Below are positions 26,566 to 40,632 of a stretch of DNA of 64,000 nt, in pieces; position 1 is the stretch's first letter, and the number at the start of each line of letters is the position of its first letter. Under the pieces are notes generated by a model. The model worked only from the letters and a program-made list of their open reading frames with translations, ran no database searches and was not told the origin of the DNA. Source of the DNA: Eledone cirrhosa (taxonomy: Eukaryota); the NCBI GenBank assembly GCA_964016885.1, contig OZ024740.1, positions 132,928,001 to 132,992,000 on the forward strand, given 5' to 3'. Both the position numbers and the translations under genes were made by a program.

Positions 26566-26567
<2 letters not shown>
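22546..26567 (-). mobile_element. Penelope-like element (Neptune-like): decayed RT + GIY-YIG ORF and 3' pLTR with an HHR
   Basis: IKPADKGGAVVV, YFLPKLQKPDNPGRPIVS, LDIKSLYTVIPH, MGTRMGPNYGNLF, YIDD, FLDI, KPTDSH; YVG*TGRRLADRFTEH near 24150-24200. Confidence 0.9.
22637..22670 (-). ncRNA. Minimal hammerhead in the Penelope pLTR
   Basis: ac-CTGAGGA-agggattatgccc-GAAA-cGTC-gt. Confidence 0.75.
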
Positions 26568-26637
<70 letters not shown>

Positions 26638-29600
26638 GTATATATATATATGTATGTATATATATATAAACATGTGCGCCTACGTATCTGTGGGTACGTG
26701 TGTAAACAACTATGCGTATATATTGAGTGTGTCTGTGTATATTCTAGTAGCCACCTACGTATACATCTGCGTACGTGTTCATATGGATATATGTATACGT
26801 GTGTGTATATTTGTATGTGTGCACTGTGTATGTGCTTGCGTATGTGTATGTTTGTGCATACTTATGTGCGGTTGTGTGATTGGTAGATATGTGCAGGTGT
26901 GCATGTGTGTGTGCGTGCTTATGTGCATATATACATATTTACATGTGTATGTATGAATGTGAGCTTAGGTGAGGAAGTCACCATAGATGTGTGCACGTGT
27001 GAACACGTGTGGACAGTATATTTACCAGGAATACCAAAATATTATTATTTCCTTGATAGTCACATTTCTAGGTAGTCACATTTCACTCGGTGTATATATA
27101 TGAAACTTTAGAAAATCTTCAGTTTGCTCTATCTGAAGGGTAACATTTCTAGAATGTCGATGACATTTAGAGGCTCGATTTGTTAGTTCATCAGCAACTT
27201 TGCCTACTCCGCCAAATGTATATTGATATTAATCTCATATTTCAGAAATATATTCATTTTCTCAATCTGCCTGACATTTTACCAAGAAACCATAAGTGTC
27301 AGTTTTAGTAGTTAAGCGTGTAAGGAAAAGCAGTTAGATGTAATTGAAACAAACAAAAAGACACTGCTCTGCCCTTGATCGAGCTTTGTAAATCAAAACC
27401 AAGATAATAATACAATGACTGTTGCCTTTGACATGAGACCACCAATTCTTTGTTAGAAAACCGTTCATTCTCTTGGTCCTAGTACATTTTCCATTCATCC
27501 AAGTATGACAGACATTCAGCCTCGTACAGTAATTAACGTTGAAGTGAAGGAAATTTAACTAAAATCCGCAAACATATTTATTTTAAATTCATTCGCAGGT
27601 TCTGCCATACACCACCTGGTAATAACATTTATATTCTAAATTGACTAAAGATTTTAGTGCCTATAGTTGAAACAAATTATGTAGTTTATTACACATTGCA
27701 CATAGGAATCTCTCACGAGGGAAAGTCTAATAAACAATTGTATTTGTAATTGCCTCACTATATAATATGGTCTTCAATTTTAAAGGAAATTTAGAATCGA
27801 TACCATCAAGGTTACACGAGGTTATTTACTTTATTACTATAATTTAATGGAAATCTTTTTCCTTAAAGTAGGACTTTTTGCAATTCATAATTGGATACTC
27901 ACAAAGAGATTTTCAAGAGAATCTTCAACATTAAGTTGAAATATAGTTCATGATAATGCATTGAATTAGGGAGATTTTCATCTGCATTGAATTAGTCATT
28001 GATACCTTTCATCTTGCATGAAAGACAAATACGGACACATATTCAACTGGGTTTCAAGTTAGAGATATAAGGTCATATATGTTAAGAGATAGAAGCCAGC
28101 ATACCAATGACAGATGAGATAGGTTGTGCCTAAACTGAAAAGGAGCTATGCTATTTAGAAATAGTCAAATGTTTGAATTTTTTATTTTTACAAAATCTGC
28201 TACGTTTGCTTCTATACTATAGCCATCAATTCTTTTTAATATCGTAGCAACACTTGAGAGAGTTAGATATATGCATAATCGACATTCCAATGATTGAACA
28301 TTCATGAAAAGTCATCTTGCAATATGCTTCATAGCAAATACAGAATTGATAAAGACTTGTGCCAAATGATTTCTTCTTAATATTAATGATTCAACAAAAT
28401 AAAAATAGGATTGCACATTAAAACATTTGATGAAAAAATCCAGATGCACTGAAGACTGTTTTTTTAAGAATATGTTATTGGTGTACCTAGGTTTTTAGCT
28501 TAAAATATCGGGCAATACAATGACGGTTTAATTTGGCTAAAAGATTTCCATGGTGATACTCATATTAATGGGACTTCACAGAAGAGCATCTATATTGGTC
28601 CATGCACAAGGATTTTCATTACTACCAAATGCTGCATTCAATTAAATTTTAATTATTTGATGTAGTAGTCATAAACTATGAATTATAGTACAGGTAAAAT
28701 CCGATTCTGCTGCATATAAGATTCATATCTTGTATCGATATTTTTAATGTTAGGTCATCAGGTCATCGCTTCATTTACTATTTAAATATAGTTAAATATA
28801 CCTCAACCTGAAAATAGAAAAGCCGTCGATACACACAGAAATGATGTTACTCGGATTCCTATGCTGTTATCATTGGTACACACTTTACTGATATTGTAAC
28901 TATTTATATGCGTCTACTACTGGTGTTGAATATTTCTTCCTGCTATTATTTTGTTTTTGAAAGTAGGTAATTACTGATATAGTGAATGTCACTTGAGAAA
29001 ATTACTCTCTGATGAACATAGTTTTCTGGCGGGAAATGAAATTATTTTAAGCTTAAATAACTTTTATGTGAGCTACTTTGCTGAAATTAAAATAAACAGT
29101 GGAATAAGTTATGTAATCCTTCCCTCTATCTTTCTTATTCTGCTTCACTACTTCTTTTCTCGGCCTCGTATTAAACTCGAATATAACTTGATAACACTTG
29201 ATGACTATTTATTTGTACAATACCTTCGCTCCTGTTTTGCCAGCCCATGTAGACGAGAGCAGGCAGAGAAAAACACTCTTACGTTATGTTCTTAATCCGG
29301 TAGAAAATGAAAGATGTTATAACTGGAGAGAAAAAGAATTAGAGAGAACTAAATCTGCCTAATATTGATGCAAAGGTTATTTGAAGGTGACAGTATATTT
29401 GTCACAGTACCATACTGTTGGTTTGTGAGTGTTTAATAAACAGCTAGCAAGTAAACATTGAGAGAATTCAAAAATCCACCACTTATGTACATACCGTATA
29501 GCGATAGAATTCTACAAAGGATATATATACTACATAGTTAACATAAAAATTCCTGTCATTGTGGTGACCTAAAGGGAAGGAATTATTTTATGGTATTAAT

Positions 29601-30584
29601 ATGAAATGTCTTTATGAGATCAGGAGTTGATTACGATTATTTTCTTGCCTTTCAAGTTAAGCAATTTTTACAACTTGCATATAAAATCCTATTATTGCGC
29701 TCAATAAACGTTTGTTCAGTTTCTGTTTTTTCATAAGATACAATTCTATATTTGGTAATATACACAGATATACGCCTCTCATACGCAGCATCTCTCTTTC
29801 AACAGCCAAATCACAGAGTTGTCTCCACACATTCATACACATTTCATCGTCTACCTTCACTTTGTAAACTAGGTTTTGTTAAACTGAGTATTAAATTCCG
29901 AATTCTGATAACAATTCGAATAATATATGGCAGATGGCGAGCTCATAGGTTATATTAGTAAAGCGTAACAGTGATGGTGCCATTGGTGAGGGATATGGTC
30001 ACAGATTTGATGAGATATCGATCGGTAACGTTCACTACTAATGTTCTTGACATAACCGTCATGTATGTTAATAAGGAAGACAATGCTTAAAGGAATTATT
30101 ACAAGCTGGTTATTCTCTTAAATTCATATCAAAGAAGACGTTCAAGATTCAACAGCTTTGTTTGGGGCGGTAACATAGACATAAAACCAATCACCCGTAA
30201 AAGGAGAGAGGAATAGTGGATGCAAATTTCAAATAGATAGAAGAATGCATTGATTATTAATCATGAAAATCATTCAATAGAGAAATATCGAAATGAAATG
30301 ATAGTCAGTGAATCTGAAAATGTTTATTAATTTCCCTTGGATAAATGAAAAGAAAGATCATGAAAGTTTGATAAAATCATCATTTTGGTAATAATACCAA
30401 TGTTGTAAGCATATTCTATTCCCTATAAACGACACTCCGGCTATAAAGATAGACGAAGAATGTTACAGATAAATCAGTAAGATTATGAAGTCAGACATTT
30501 TATAACGATGCATTACCTTAAGGCGTAGTGAATCAGATATAGCGGCACATATTTCGATTGTAGGCACACGCAGGAAAAACTATT

Positions 30585-30641
30585 TATATTATTATTATTA
30601 ACAATAATAATAATAATAATAATAATAACAATAATAATAAC

Positions 30642-30681
<40 letters not shown>

Positions 30682-31057
30682 GTAATAATTAAATTACTTA
30701 AGATAATACGAATTACGTAAAAGTTTCGAAATAAAATTTTACAAGACAATTAAAGTAACGTTACTAAAACTCACTATCAATGCAACTACTACTACTGCTG
30801 CTGTTGTTACTACTACTACTAATGCTACTACTACTACTACTACTACTACTACCACTACCACTACTGCTTCCGCTGCTGCTGCTGGTGTTACTACTACTAC
30901 TACTGCTACTACTACTACTACTACTACCACTACCACTACTGCTGCTGCTGCTGGTGTTACTACTACTACTACTACTATTACTACTACTACTACTACTGCT
31001 GTTGCTACTGTTGCGGCGACTACTCTACTACTACTACTACTCCTACTACTACTACTG

Positions 31058-31114
<57 letters not shown>

Positions 31115-31115
31115 T
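30585..31115. repeat. (AAT)n and (CTA/CTG)n trinucleotide microsatellites
   Basis: Direct reading. Confidence 0.95.
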
Positions 31116-31819
31116 CTACTACAATTGCTATAAGAGTTCGCAGTAAGTTCACTGGGAATTAAGTACTCCGAGTAAGTGTTACAGCATTCAGCTAAGAGAG
31201 GGAAAATCTGAAATGAAACCTTCGTTTACGTGATTATTGGTCATCTTGCTTAGACATGTCATCAGGTAATAGTCACTGAGATTTAGATCATGGCATTCGA
31301 ATTGTACAAACGCTTGTCATTATAACCCGTTGTGTACAGTTGTATCTATTGCAAACTTCGCAGAGCTTGTTCTATCACTCCAGCCAATGTAGGCCAGGAC
31401 TCTGTATTCTTGCTATTCCTGTAGCTATTGGAGGCTCGTGCGAATTTCTGCCAATGAAATACGGCTACATCCGTTGTTTCATCACGTCAAGAAGTGTAGT
31501 AGACGTGGAAGCTGCTACAATTCCCCACTCATTATTGTTGATATGGTCTGTGTTGGCTGGTCTCAGTCACTTGGTGTGGCCTCATATTCTTGCCTATTGT
31601 TGGTCGATTAAAAGGTCCCTCCCATGTACAAGGAATGATGTAGAGTTATAGGAATGACTGAAGTGTGTTGAGAAGACTAACATCTTTTATATATACATAC
31701 ATATATAGTAGCGGAACACTGGAAGGTAATATCCGTAGTGGTAGAGCACTCAGCCCATGGGACACTAAGGTGAAACAATTGTTCTCGGTATGGTGAACTA
31801 ACTGTTGTGTAACCACTTC

Positions 31820-31858
<39 letters not shown>

Positions 31859-31859
31859 A

Positions 31860-32630
31860 GTTTTGTATTTCAGTTTTGTATGGCTTCTTAACACATTGTT
31901 TAGCTCTGGTTTTTAACTATTGAGCACTTTGCCAGTATCATTTCTGATTTTTGCGTTTCGCTCCGCCTTTCCTGCCCGCCGAAATGCGATTCTCGCTGAA
32001 TCTTTATTTGTATTAATCTCCCGTGTCTTACAATTAACTTGTTAATAATTTTCTATTGACAGGTTAATTGTATAAGTTTATTTTAAAACTAACCGGTTGA
32101 GAACTTATTCGATTTGTGCTATTTATGATATTTTTCGCATTGTATACACATACTGAATTACTTTACCAAAATCTGGGGTTATTCCCCGTATGAATTCCGT
32201 TCCACACGTGGTTTAACTTACCACCATGTCATTCACTTATTTAGTAGAGGGCGAAATACCTGTTGATAACGTGATATTCCTTGTTCGATCATTATACCCA
32301 AAGCTTATATTTTTAAGCAGACTGTATTTTGATTTAGGTGTCACAGAAACTCTACATCGGATTTTAACAGCAATTCCGGGAGTCCAGGTCTGGTTATCAT
32401 TTATTTTTTTATCATTTATTTTGTTTTGACCTGTTTAGCTTGATTTGGTTTTTGGTTTGGGTGGTTAATGCCTTCTTGACCACCTTTTCAGTTATGTATG
32501 GCTTCTTAACACATTGTTTAGCTCTGGTTTTTAACTATTGAACACTTTGCGAGTATCATTTCTGATTTTTGCGTTTCACATCGCCTTTCCTGCCCGCCGA
32601 AATGCGATTCTACCTGAATTATTATTTGTA
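31860..32630 (+). mobile_element. Non-coding element in (TA)n with a direct terminal repeat of about 140 bp (period about 620 bp); diverged relative at 40630-41205 (minus)
   Basis: gtatggcttcttaacacattgtttagctctgg...gaaatgcgattct at about 31878 and 32497; gatttaggtgtcacagaaac and cttgttcgatc shared with 40890-40960. Confidence 0.7.
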
Positions 32631-32646
32631 TATATATATATATATA

Positions 32647-32822
32647 ACGAAGGAATTGTGGTAAGGAACCAGGTGGACCATAACGCAACAGAGTACTCAA
32701 TACTTAGGGTTGTAGAGGGGGTTATAGGAAGACGTATGACCCCGACGGCAGAGCTTAAGCCGTTTCGACGTCCAGAAATAGCCGTCGAAATGGCTTGAGC
32801 TCTGCCGTCGGTGTCATACCTT
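32647..32822. mobile_element. Second copy of the pLTR-like element seen at 16161-16351, ending in a fold-back (32734-32819)
   Basis: Same aacgaagga..gtggtaaggaaccaggtggaccataacgc start; 37-bp arms around a 12-nt loop. Confidence 0.85.
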
Positions 32823-32926
32823 TTTCTATATATATATGTGTGTACGTATATATGTATAGATATATCTATATATACATATATATATATATGTGTGTGGGTG
32901 TGTGTGTGTGTGAGTACATATATATA

Positions 32927-32996
<70 letters not shown>

Positions 32997-33149
32997 TATA
33001 AATTTTGAGTATATATTGATTGTTTTCCGACACCTCAGTATGCAGATTGGTGCACTCGACGAAGTACGCAGGTTGGTTTGGTTACTCCGGAGTAATGTAA
33101 AATAATTAAGTCAAATATTTAAAATGTGGCTTCCTTTATTAAAGATGTA

Positions 33150-33202
33150 CTTCTATATATATTTCGGTGACAGCCATCATTGGCTGTGACCTCTTCAGGC
33201 TG
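33150..33202 (-). ncRNA. Hammerhead motif (weak stem I) in a repeat related to 15755-15935
   Basis: CTGAAGA-ggtcacagcca-atga-tggctgtcacc-GAAA-tatatata. Confidence 0.65.
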
Positions 33203-33296
33203 TCCGAATTGGTGTAGTAGAGACAGGTACACATGTTATTGAAGTGTTTTACTCCGTCTATACTCCGATATGTCCACACACGCACACACACACACA

Positions 33297-33329
<33 letters not shown>

Positions 33330-33589
33330 CCATATATATATATATACACATATACGCATATACATACACATGCATCCCCCCCCCCCCACACACACACATG
33401 TAAGTATCTATGTATCCACAATCTCAAACAACAGTATCTATGTATGGACATATGCATAAGTATGTGTTGCCATAGGAGTCAATCGAGGCAGGGGTAGAAA
33501 GCTGCTAGAAAGGGCAGCTCAAAAACCACTCAAAGAAGTGCGCTCAACCAAACAGAGAGAGAGGAAACACTGTTATAAGGAGCGAAATA

Positions 33590-33982
33590 GCACGATTTGC
33601 ACATTAGGCTACTCAGCCGTTAATATGTATAAGGAAAGTATATACTTTCAGACGTTCAATCATCTGGCAGGTAGGTATACGTTGCTGACGATAGCTAATA
33701 AGCCTGAAACTAGTACAGCGTTCCTTTGTCAGTGTTGAACAAACGAGCAACGATGGTTACTAGACACTACAGCTTGATATGGGATGTTTGTTTACAAACA
33801 CACCGAGCATTATAATAAATTTTCAGTGAATCCATACGCACATATATATATGTGTGCATGTATGTATATATACATACTACTGTACGTCTGTATACATATA
33901 TCTATGTACGTATACATACTTATATTTATGTAACAGCCGTACTAAGAGTGGGAAATGAAATTTCGTTTCATTTTTTTCCGTT
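33590..33982 (+). mobile_element. Single monomer of retrozyme-like subfamily A with HHR at 33679-33721
   Basis: acgttgCTGACGAtagctaataagcctGAAActaGTAcagcgt; ends gaaatttcgtttcatttttttcc before (TA)n. Confidence 0.85.
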
Positions 33983-34013
<31 letters not shown>

Positions 34014-35129
34014 ACCCATACACAAAAACACATATTATATATATATTATATATGTGCCGGGCTATACCTTTCTACAATCGTCTCTGTATGCGGTGGCAGA
34101 ATCAAACAACGTATTATTACTTTGGATTTTATTCTCAAGTTTTTCTTTTGTCGATAAACAACGTAAAACATTTTATGGACGTGCATTTATTACTTGCTCT
34201 GCTTTTCTTCCGCTTGTGTAATATCTGGGATCTTGTATTTTATTAACATTCTCGATATTCTATTCTGCGATAAGGTAATGTTTTCACTAATACAATAGGT
34301 TCAAACACTAGCTGCTAAAAAAATGTCCAGTTCAGGCATGTACTTCATATTGAGCTTGATCCGTTCATTTCAGCATTTTCCTTACACCTAATATTATTGA
34401 TGTTTTTATTAGTGATTCAATACAATACACTGTGCTTTGTCTCTACGTTTTCAAGATTATAATTCATAATAAATATAGTAAACCATTAGATTATATAGGC
34501 TGCATTGGTCTTCTGGGATATATTAATCTAGGTATACGAAGATAAATTAGCGTCGTGCGTTCAGAAGTGAACTCTGGGGTTCTCAACTTACCCATAAAAA
34601 TCAGCTTCTACATCCGTGATCATTTGTTGAAAGTGTTAGTAATAAATCCGTCCTCTAGAAGCAGTAGGGTCATAGATCCTATCGTTAATGAGAGTCCCGA
34701 TTGTAAAATATTCAATATTAGCCCCATCACATCTCTCGACAGAAATACTATAGTGAACGTAGCATTATTGGCATGTTTCCTATCCGTACAAATACATCTA
34801 CTCAGCTTGTATCCTAGAGAAAACTCGTAAGGCGGGTGGATCATATCTCTCAAAGTTGGGAGTACTACATCGATATGTCGAAATAATTCATGGTACAATG
34901 AGAGCAAAGACATAGTGTAATACGGAATCTAAAAGAATATAAAGCCAATCTTTCGATCAAACTGAAATAGGGTTGAAGAATAGGTTTGCATTGTTTACCA
35001 TATGAGTTTTACGTCGATATTCCAGCCTTGTTCTCCGATGTCCTCGAAGCTGTCTGCTGCAACTGATAAGAAAACAGGGAGAGTATAGTAATGCTCATAA
35101 AAGACTATAATAAAAAGGACGTTATAGTG

Positions 35130-35420
35130 ACCAACCCATAATTCAGCTAAAGACCGAGTTTTGAAATTTAGCCATTATGTTAGCAACGTGGTTGGTGCTT
35201 GTCATGAAGAGTCTGGTTGGGGAGGCGCAGATGTGCGCAATCCGGACCAGGTCCAAACACAACAAACGCCATCTCCTGCGGACGATCTCACCATGATGGT
35301 GTTCATCACCACGGAAATAGAGGTGGTTGTCAATTACTGAAAGGAATATAAAAGGTTATCGGGACTAAAACTCAACACGGAAACGTTGGTGAGTTTGCAG
35401 CTCGGCACTTGGAGACGCAA
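35130..35420 (+). mobile_element. Old, internally deleted Tx1 RT fragment
   Basis: LVGEAQMCAI..HL fused directly to ADDLTMMV..LQLGTWR. Confidence 0.7.
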
Positions 35421-37464
35421 ACAATAAAGAAGAGATACAGCTCTTGATTTTCATTCATCCTAAGGATTCTCCGGCTGATGTTAACACTGTATCCCGGGTG
35501 TTTATGCTGTTATTTAATGACAGTGTAATGTTGACCACCACCCTGAAGATTTCGAGACACTTCGCTATCCAATAAGGAGGAACCATATTGAATTACTTTT
35601 GTAATATATCCATCCCATGACAAGACCAGTATGAATCCGCTTGCAGTTTCTTATTATCATCTTGTCAATAGATAATTGGGCATTTGTACCACGGTACTTC
35701 ATTCGTCATGCTTTCTTTTCTACCGGCAATACATTTTTTATGTCGAGGTAGATTTCCTCAAACATAAGGCTTGTTAGCAATATCTGCATTAAGGATAGAC
35801 ACGTGATAGACATATAGCTGGTAACGTCATTTCCCTATGCTATAGTGTGACACGAGGAAGGTAATGCACTGAGTATACAGAGGAAAATTATACAAATAAC
35901 ATTTCATGTTGCCAGATCTGAACTCAGTGATCTATCCCTTCAAATCTTTTTTTACTTGTTTGACTTTTACTGTATACAATAGCTAAACCATTGAATTGTA
36001 GCCAGGCTGGTGAGATGTAAAATGATAAATGTCGCAGATATATATAAAAATATCGATACAAATACAAAATGCGATTTACATCACATTGGCAAGCCACTGG
36101 TGTTTGATTATACTGTAATATGATGATCGTAAATGACCTAGCCGGTACTCTACGCCATTCTATCGTCCCAATCTTTCTATCATTTTAGTCATCTAATCTG
36201 TGTTGTATTAAACGACGCGACATGTATATGTCCGGTATACCAACTGGGAAATATCAGCAGAATTACCATCAAATTACAAGGTGGCGTCTTGAAAATATTA
36301 CTGAGATATTTGTCTTGGTTGCACTAACCCCCCCCCACCCCCACCCCCACCCCCCACCCCTAAAAAAAATAGAAAACAAAATGGTCTTGGTTGGAATGTC
36401 TTTAATTATAGATCTGTTCGTTCAGAGCGGATCTTGGACTAAATATCAATAGCAACAAATAAATGGAAACAGTAGTCTACGACGAGATTAAAGTTTGACA
36501 ACCGCTCTGCAATAAATTAGATTAGCAAACACTGCCCAGTATTACTTTAGAATATTCAAGAATAAAACAAAAGCAGCAACATATAAATCTACGCACTTAT
36601 TTAATACAAGATCATTCATGACTACAATGTATTGTTGCATAGTTTTCTGACTTTGTATAACAAAGCCGTAGGAAATTTTAATTTTGCTTTCGTTCCTTCC
36701 AAAAATCGAACATCACCTCCAGGCAATCTGACTGACACTGTAGTCAAATTTTAGAATAGCTCACTTCAGGTTAAACGGCTTCCACATTGCTTTGCAGGCG
36801 TTATTAGCATTCCATGCTACCCTGCGATAATGGTACTTTCAATCACGAAGTAACAGCTGTTAAAAATCAGTAAATACATGTTCACACCTTTGACCCGACA
36901 ACGTTTCTGAAAGATCAACTCTTCCACTTGATGTCATCAAGATTGGTAACTCAAAGTGAAATTCCTGCCATGATTTACAGTCTCGAAATAGAAATCTTAA
37001 ATGTATTCTACTATGTAGATGAATGAATAAATAAAAAATCACTGAAAAAAAAGACATATAAGGTCTCTAACAAAGAAGAAATATCACGTGTATGTTAATT
37101 ATTTTCTTTTTAATTATGTATTTATTTATTCATTCACTTATACATAATTAAATTAACCCTTGTTAAATAAGACATCAAAATTAAACAAACGGCTTTTACA
37201 ATATAGACGAAAACACTTAGATGTGCTTTTAAGTTTTTCGATTCACTTCATAGAAATATGAAAGTAAATTAATACGCAAAGAATGAAATTTAAAAGTAGA
37301 TTTCAAACAGTTTATTTCCGTACCGAAAGTCGGAGCTGGCTGAGACAATAACGTATTTGTCTATAGACCTGAATATCGGCAGTTCCTTTTCTGCTATCTG
37401 CACTATTACATTTCAGTCACGGCAACACATATTTAAGGCAAACACATACCCTATATAGGATATA

Positions 37465-37803
37465 CAGGGTGGTCCGAAAGTCTTGTCGCCCCTTGTCACA
37501 TATTGTTTTAACTTTCATTATTTTTTTGTTTTAATAATATAATATATAATATCATTAATTATAATATATAATAATAATATAATTTTCTATTTCAGAGCTC
37601 CTACAGTTTTGAAAAGAGGCTGCTTGCAAGTGTATGGAAACATGATCGTGTGCATTCTGGCAAGAGCATGGAGGATGTCCGACCTGACTCCACTGCAAGA
37701 TTCGGCAAACCAGCTCCTTCGAAGAGGATGATACTGCGATGGGAACATAAACTGTTTCTCATTATTTTTTGGTAGGGGGCGACAAGACTTTCGGACCACC
37801 CTG
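37465..37803. mobile_element. Tc1/mariner-type MITE with 28-bp TIRs and TA target duplication
   Basis: ta|cagggtggtccgaaagtcttgtcgcccc ... ggggcgacaagactttcggaccaccctg|ta. Confidence 0.9.
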
Positions 37804-39023
37804 TACATCCTGTTTGAAAGCCAGTAAATATGAATAATATTACTTGCTTTAGTCTATTACTTTAAATCATTTAATGTATCGAGTGAATTAGCTTGGTGGA
37901 AATATGATTCTATCACATTCATCACTCATTCAGATATATTGCAAAAATATTACATATGAAACTATTCCGTTTGTGGTGCTGCCCTCTGAGTTCACCAGAT
38001 ATCATTGTATTTTAATTGATTAATCTTTAGATGGAAATGTTTTGTAAATAAAATTGAATAAATACAAGATGAAATTTTAAGATTTCATTAAGCTAAACAT
38101 AAATCTGACGAAGAGATAGCACGTGTACATCCAAACTTAACTATCACTAGTTGCCTAGCTTCTGGCTTAAATATCCATACTGCTTCGATAAACACAACAC
38201 TAACGACTCGTGGAATCAGTAATGATGTATTATACTTACTTAGTGGGGGTATATTCCAAATTGCAAGATTATATATAATTAGAACAATAGAATTAACAAG
38301 ATTTTCCATTGTGTTGCTTGTTTATTTTCAGGTTATTGAATTAGTATACACTTCCCTTAGAATTGAGGATCTGCAGGAGGTTTGAGATGTTTCCATGGCA
38401 TATTGAGTAGTTCAATAGGGTAAAATTATAAACATAACCAGGTCAATGAAATATCTGCAAAATACTTGTAGATGAACAAGAATTTGCCTTTAACACTAAC
38501 AACATAATAAATAAATAACATTTTGTAGGTGACAATTTAGTACATTCAATCGAATGCAGTATTTCCTACACAATTATTTCAAGTATGGATTATATATTAT
38601 CCACTAAGAGTTTTATGTAGATTGTGAAAGATAAAGCAATCAATGTGTGAGTTTCTTTTTGGTTCATAGCAGTACTTATTGTAGTTACTAACTTTGAATA
38701 TTATTACTTGTTTCTTTGAGTCAGTATGTATGTGAACAAACAAAAAGGTCGGTGTTATCGAAATTAGAAACGGTGAAGATAGCTACATACGATAATTCTT
38801 TTAGTATGACCCACCTTCATATATGTCATTCTTGCGTGAACAATATTTCTGTAATAGCAAAAAGGTGATATGGAAATAAACACAGATTTAGTTTCTGTTA
38901 ATAACGCAGAATCTGACACGAAGAGTGATAATAAAGATTATGTTGATCAGTAGAAATATAAACGCACCAATTTAATTATCCATATCGTATCCATTATGAA
39001 AATTCACTGTTTCCGTGACAAAG

Positions 39024-39102
<79 letters not shown>

Positions 39103-39149
39103 AATGCGTAACTCATCGACATTCAAGTCTCTAGTTCTTGTCTAATAAA

Positions 39150-39885
39150 CCTGTGATAAGCAGGTGAAACACCGGCTTGAGGTGACTGAGGGCACTGTTC
39201 ACAGAGTTCAAACAATTTGAACATGCGCAAAGTTTGTGCAAGGTTCGTTACCATCGAGTTCAATGAGGATCAAAGGCATAGTTTAATGAGCATCAAAGGA
39301 TCATGTGCATTGATTACAACAGGGAGATTGTCGAGTTAATAATGTGTCTTTGAGTCTCTGGTAAACTGTGACGAGAGATAGGTGAAGCAGCTCTACTGAG
39401 GAGTACATGGTCATCACATTCTTCAACAGCAACACCTACATCTACATCTACTAGTCCTAAACGGCTAGTCCTAAACAGTCAACAAAGCGTACAACGTAGA
39501 GGTTTTGAAGCAGTTCAGAAAGAGATTTCGTCACAAGTGTCCAGAACTCTTCTAGTCTAGGCACGTACACCAAGACAATTCCCTTACCACAAAACCATCC
39601 TGCTGACCCAATACGTGGCTATGGGGAACATAACTGTCCTTCATCCTTTATACTGTCCAGACCTAGCACCATGCGAATTCTGGATGTTCGCGGAGCTGAA
39701 AGAGGTGTATAACAAGCGCCCTAGAAGCAGTACATATGGGCGTTCCAAATGGCTAGAGCGCTCCAACGAGAGCATTGAATATGGAAGATCCTACTGTGAA
39801 TGCGCCGAAAGTTCTGTGCTTATCTTATTTAAATAAATTTCTTTCTGATAAATGTCACAAAAACTCTCGAACGTACCTTGGTGTA
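39150..39885 (+). mobile_element. Decayed mariner transposase remnant
   Basis: MRKVCARFV, NCDE, HQDN, HPLYCPDLAPCEFWMF (YSPDLAPxD motif). Confidence 0.85.
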
Positions 39886-40146
39886 ATCACTAAAGAAATA
39901 CTGCTCGATATGTAAACATAGTGATAAATATATTATATAATAGAATATACATGGTGCTACCTCCCTAGGGAATCGGATTTTCTGGTGGTTCAAATTTTGT
40001 TTATGATCAAATGTCGTATACGTTGCAGTTGTAGTAACTATTTGCTGGTCAGGAAATAGAAAATAAAAAATGAAAAACTGTGTGATGATTGTATACGCAC
40101 AAACACACACCCACCAACCCCCACATACAAACGCACACATACAGAT

Positions 40147-40199
<53 letters not shown>

Positions 40200-40502
40200 T
40201 ATATATGTGTGTGTGTGTGTGTACATAAATCAAAAAGTGTCTTTACATGGAGAAACACCAATTAGGTTCACGAAATAACAAGTACGAATGTCTGTAAATG
40301 AAAGCAAGTTTATCTGTAAATGAGTTTTTTCGCCTCTACGTGGTGGTGTGTGGCCTGAAATATTCGTTTTATACAGTGCGCAACCAGAATATACATCATT
40401 CTATTTTTTTATAACATACATAACTTGGTTTCAATATTTACCAATATATACAGACGCACACGCATACGCTGATGCTTACACATATTCACGCTCTCTCTCT
40501 CA

Positions 40503-40632
<130 letters not shown>

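Larger units (their letters stand above)
27600..34930 (-). pseudogene. Probable decayed polycystin-1-like (PKD1L-type: GPS-TM1-PLAT-TM) pseudogene exons
   Basis: Exon 34928-34592 (SRCICT..hydrophobic..K*SR) joins in phase across GT(34591)..AG(34388) to GVRKMLK*TDQAQYEVHA*TGHF; acceptor at 28808 then VEVYLTIF...FMTTT..NLIECSIW..NENPCAW; MLLP/RWCM near 27610. Many stops and frameshifts; family call is from motif order only. Confidence 0.4.
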
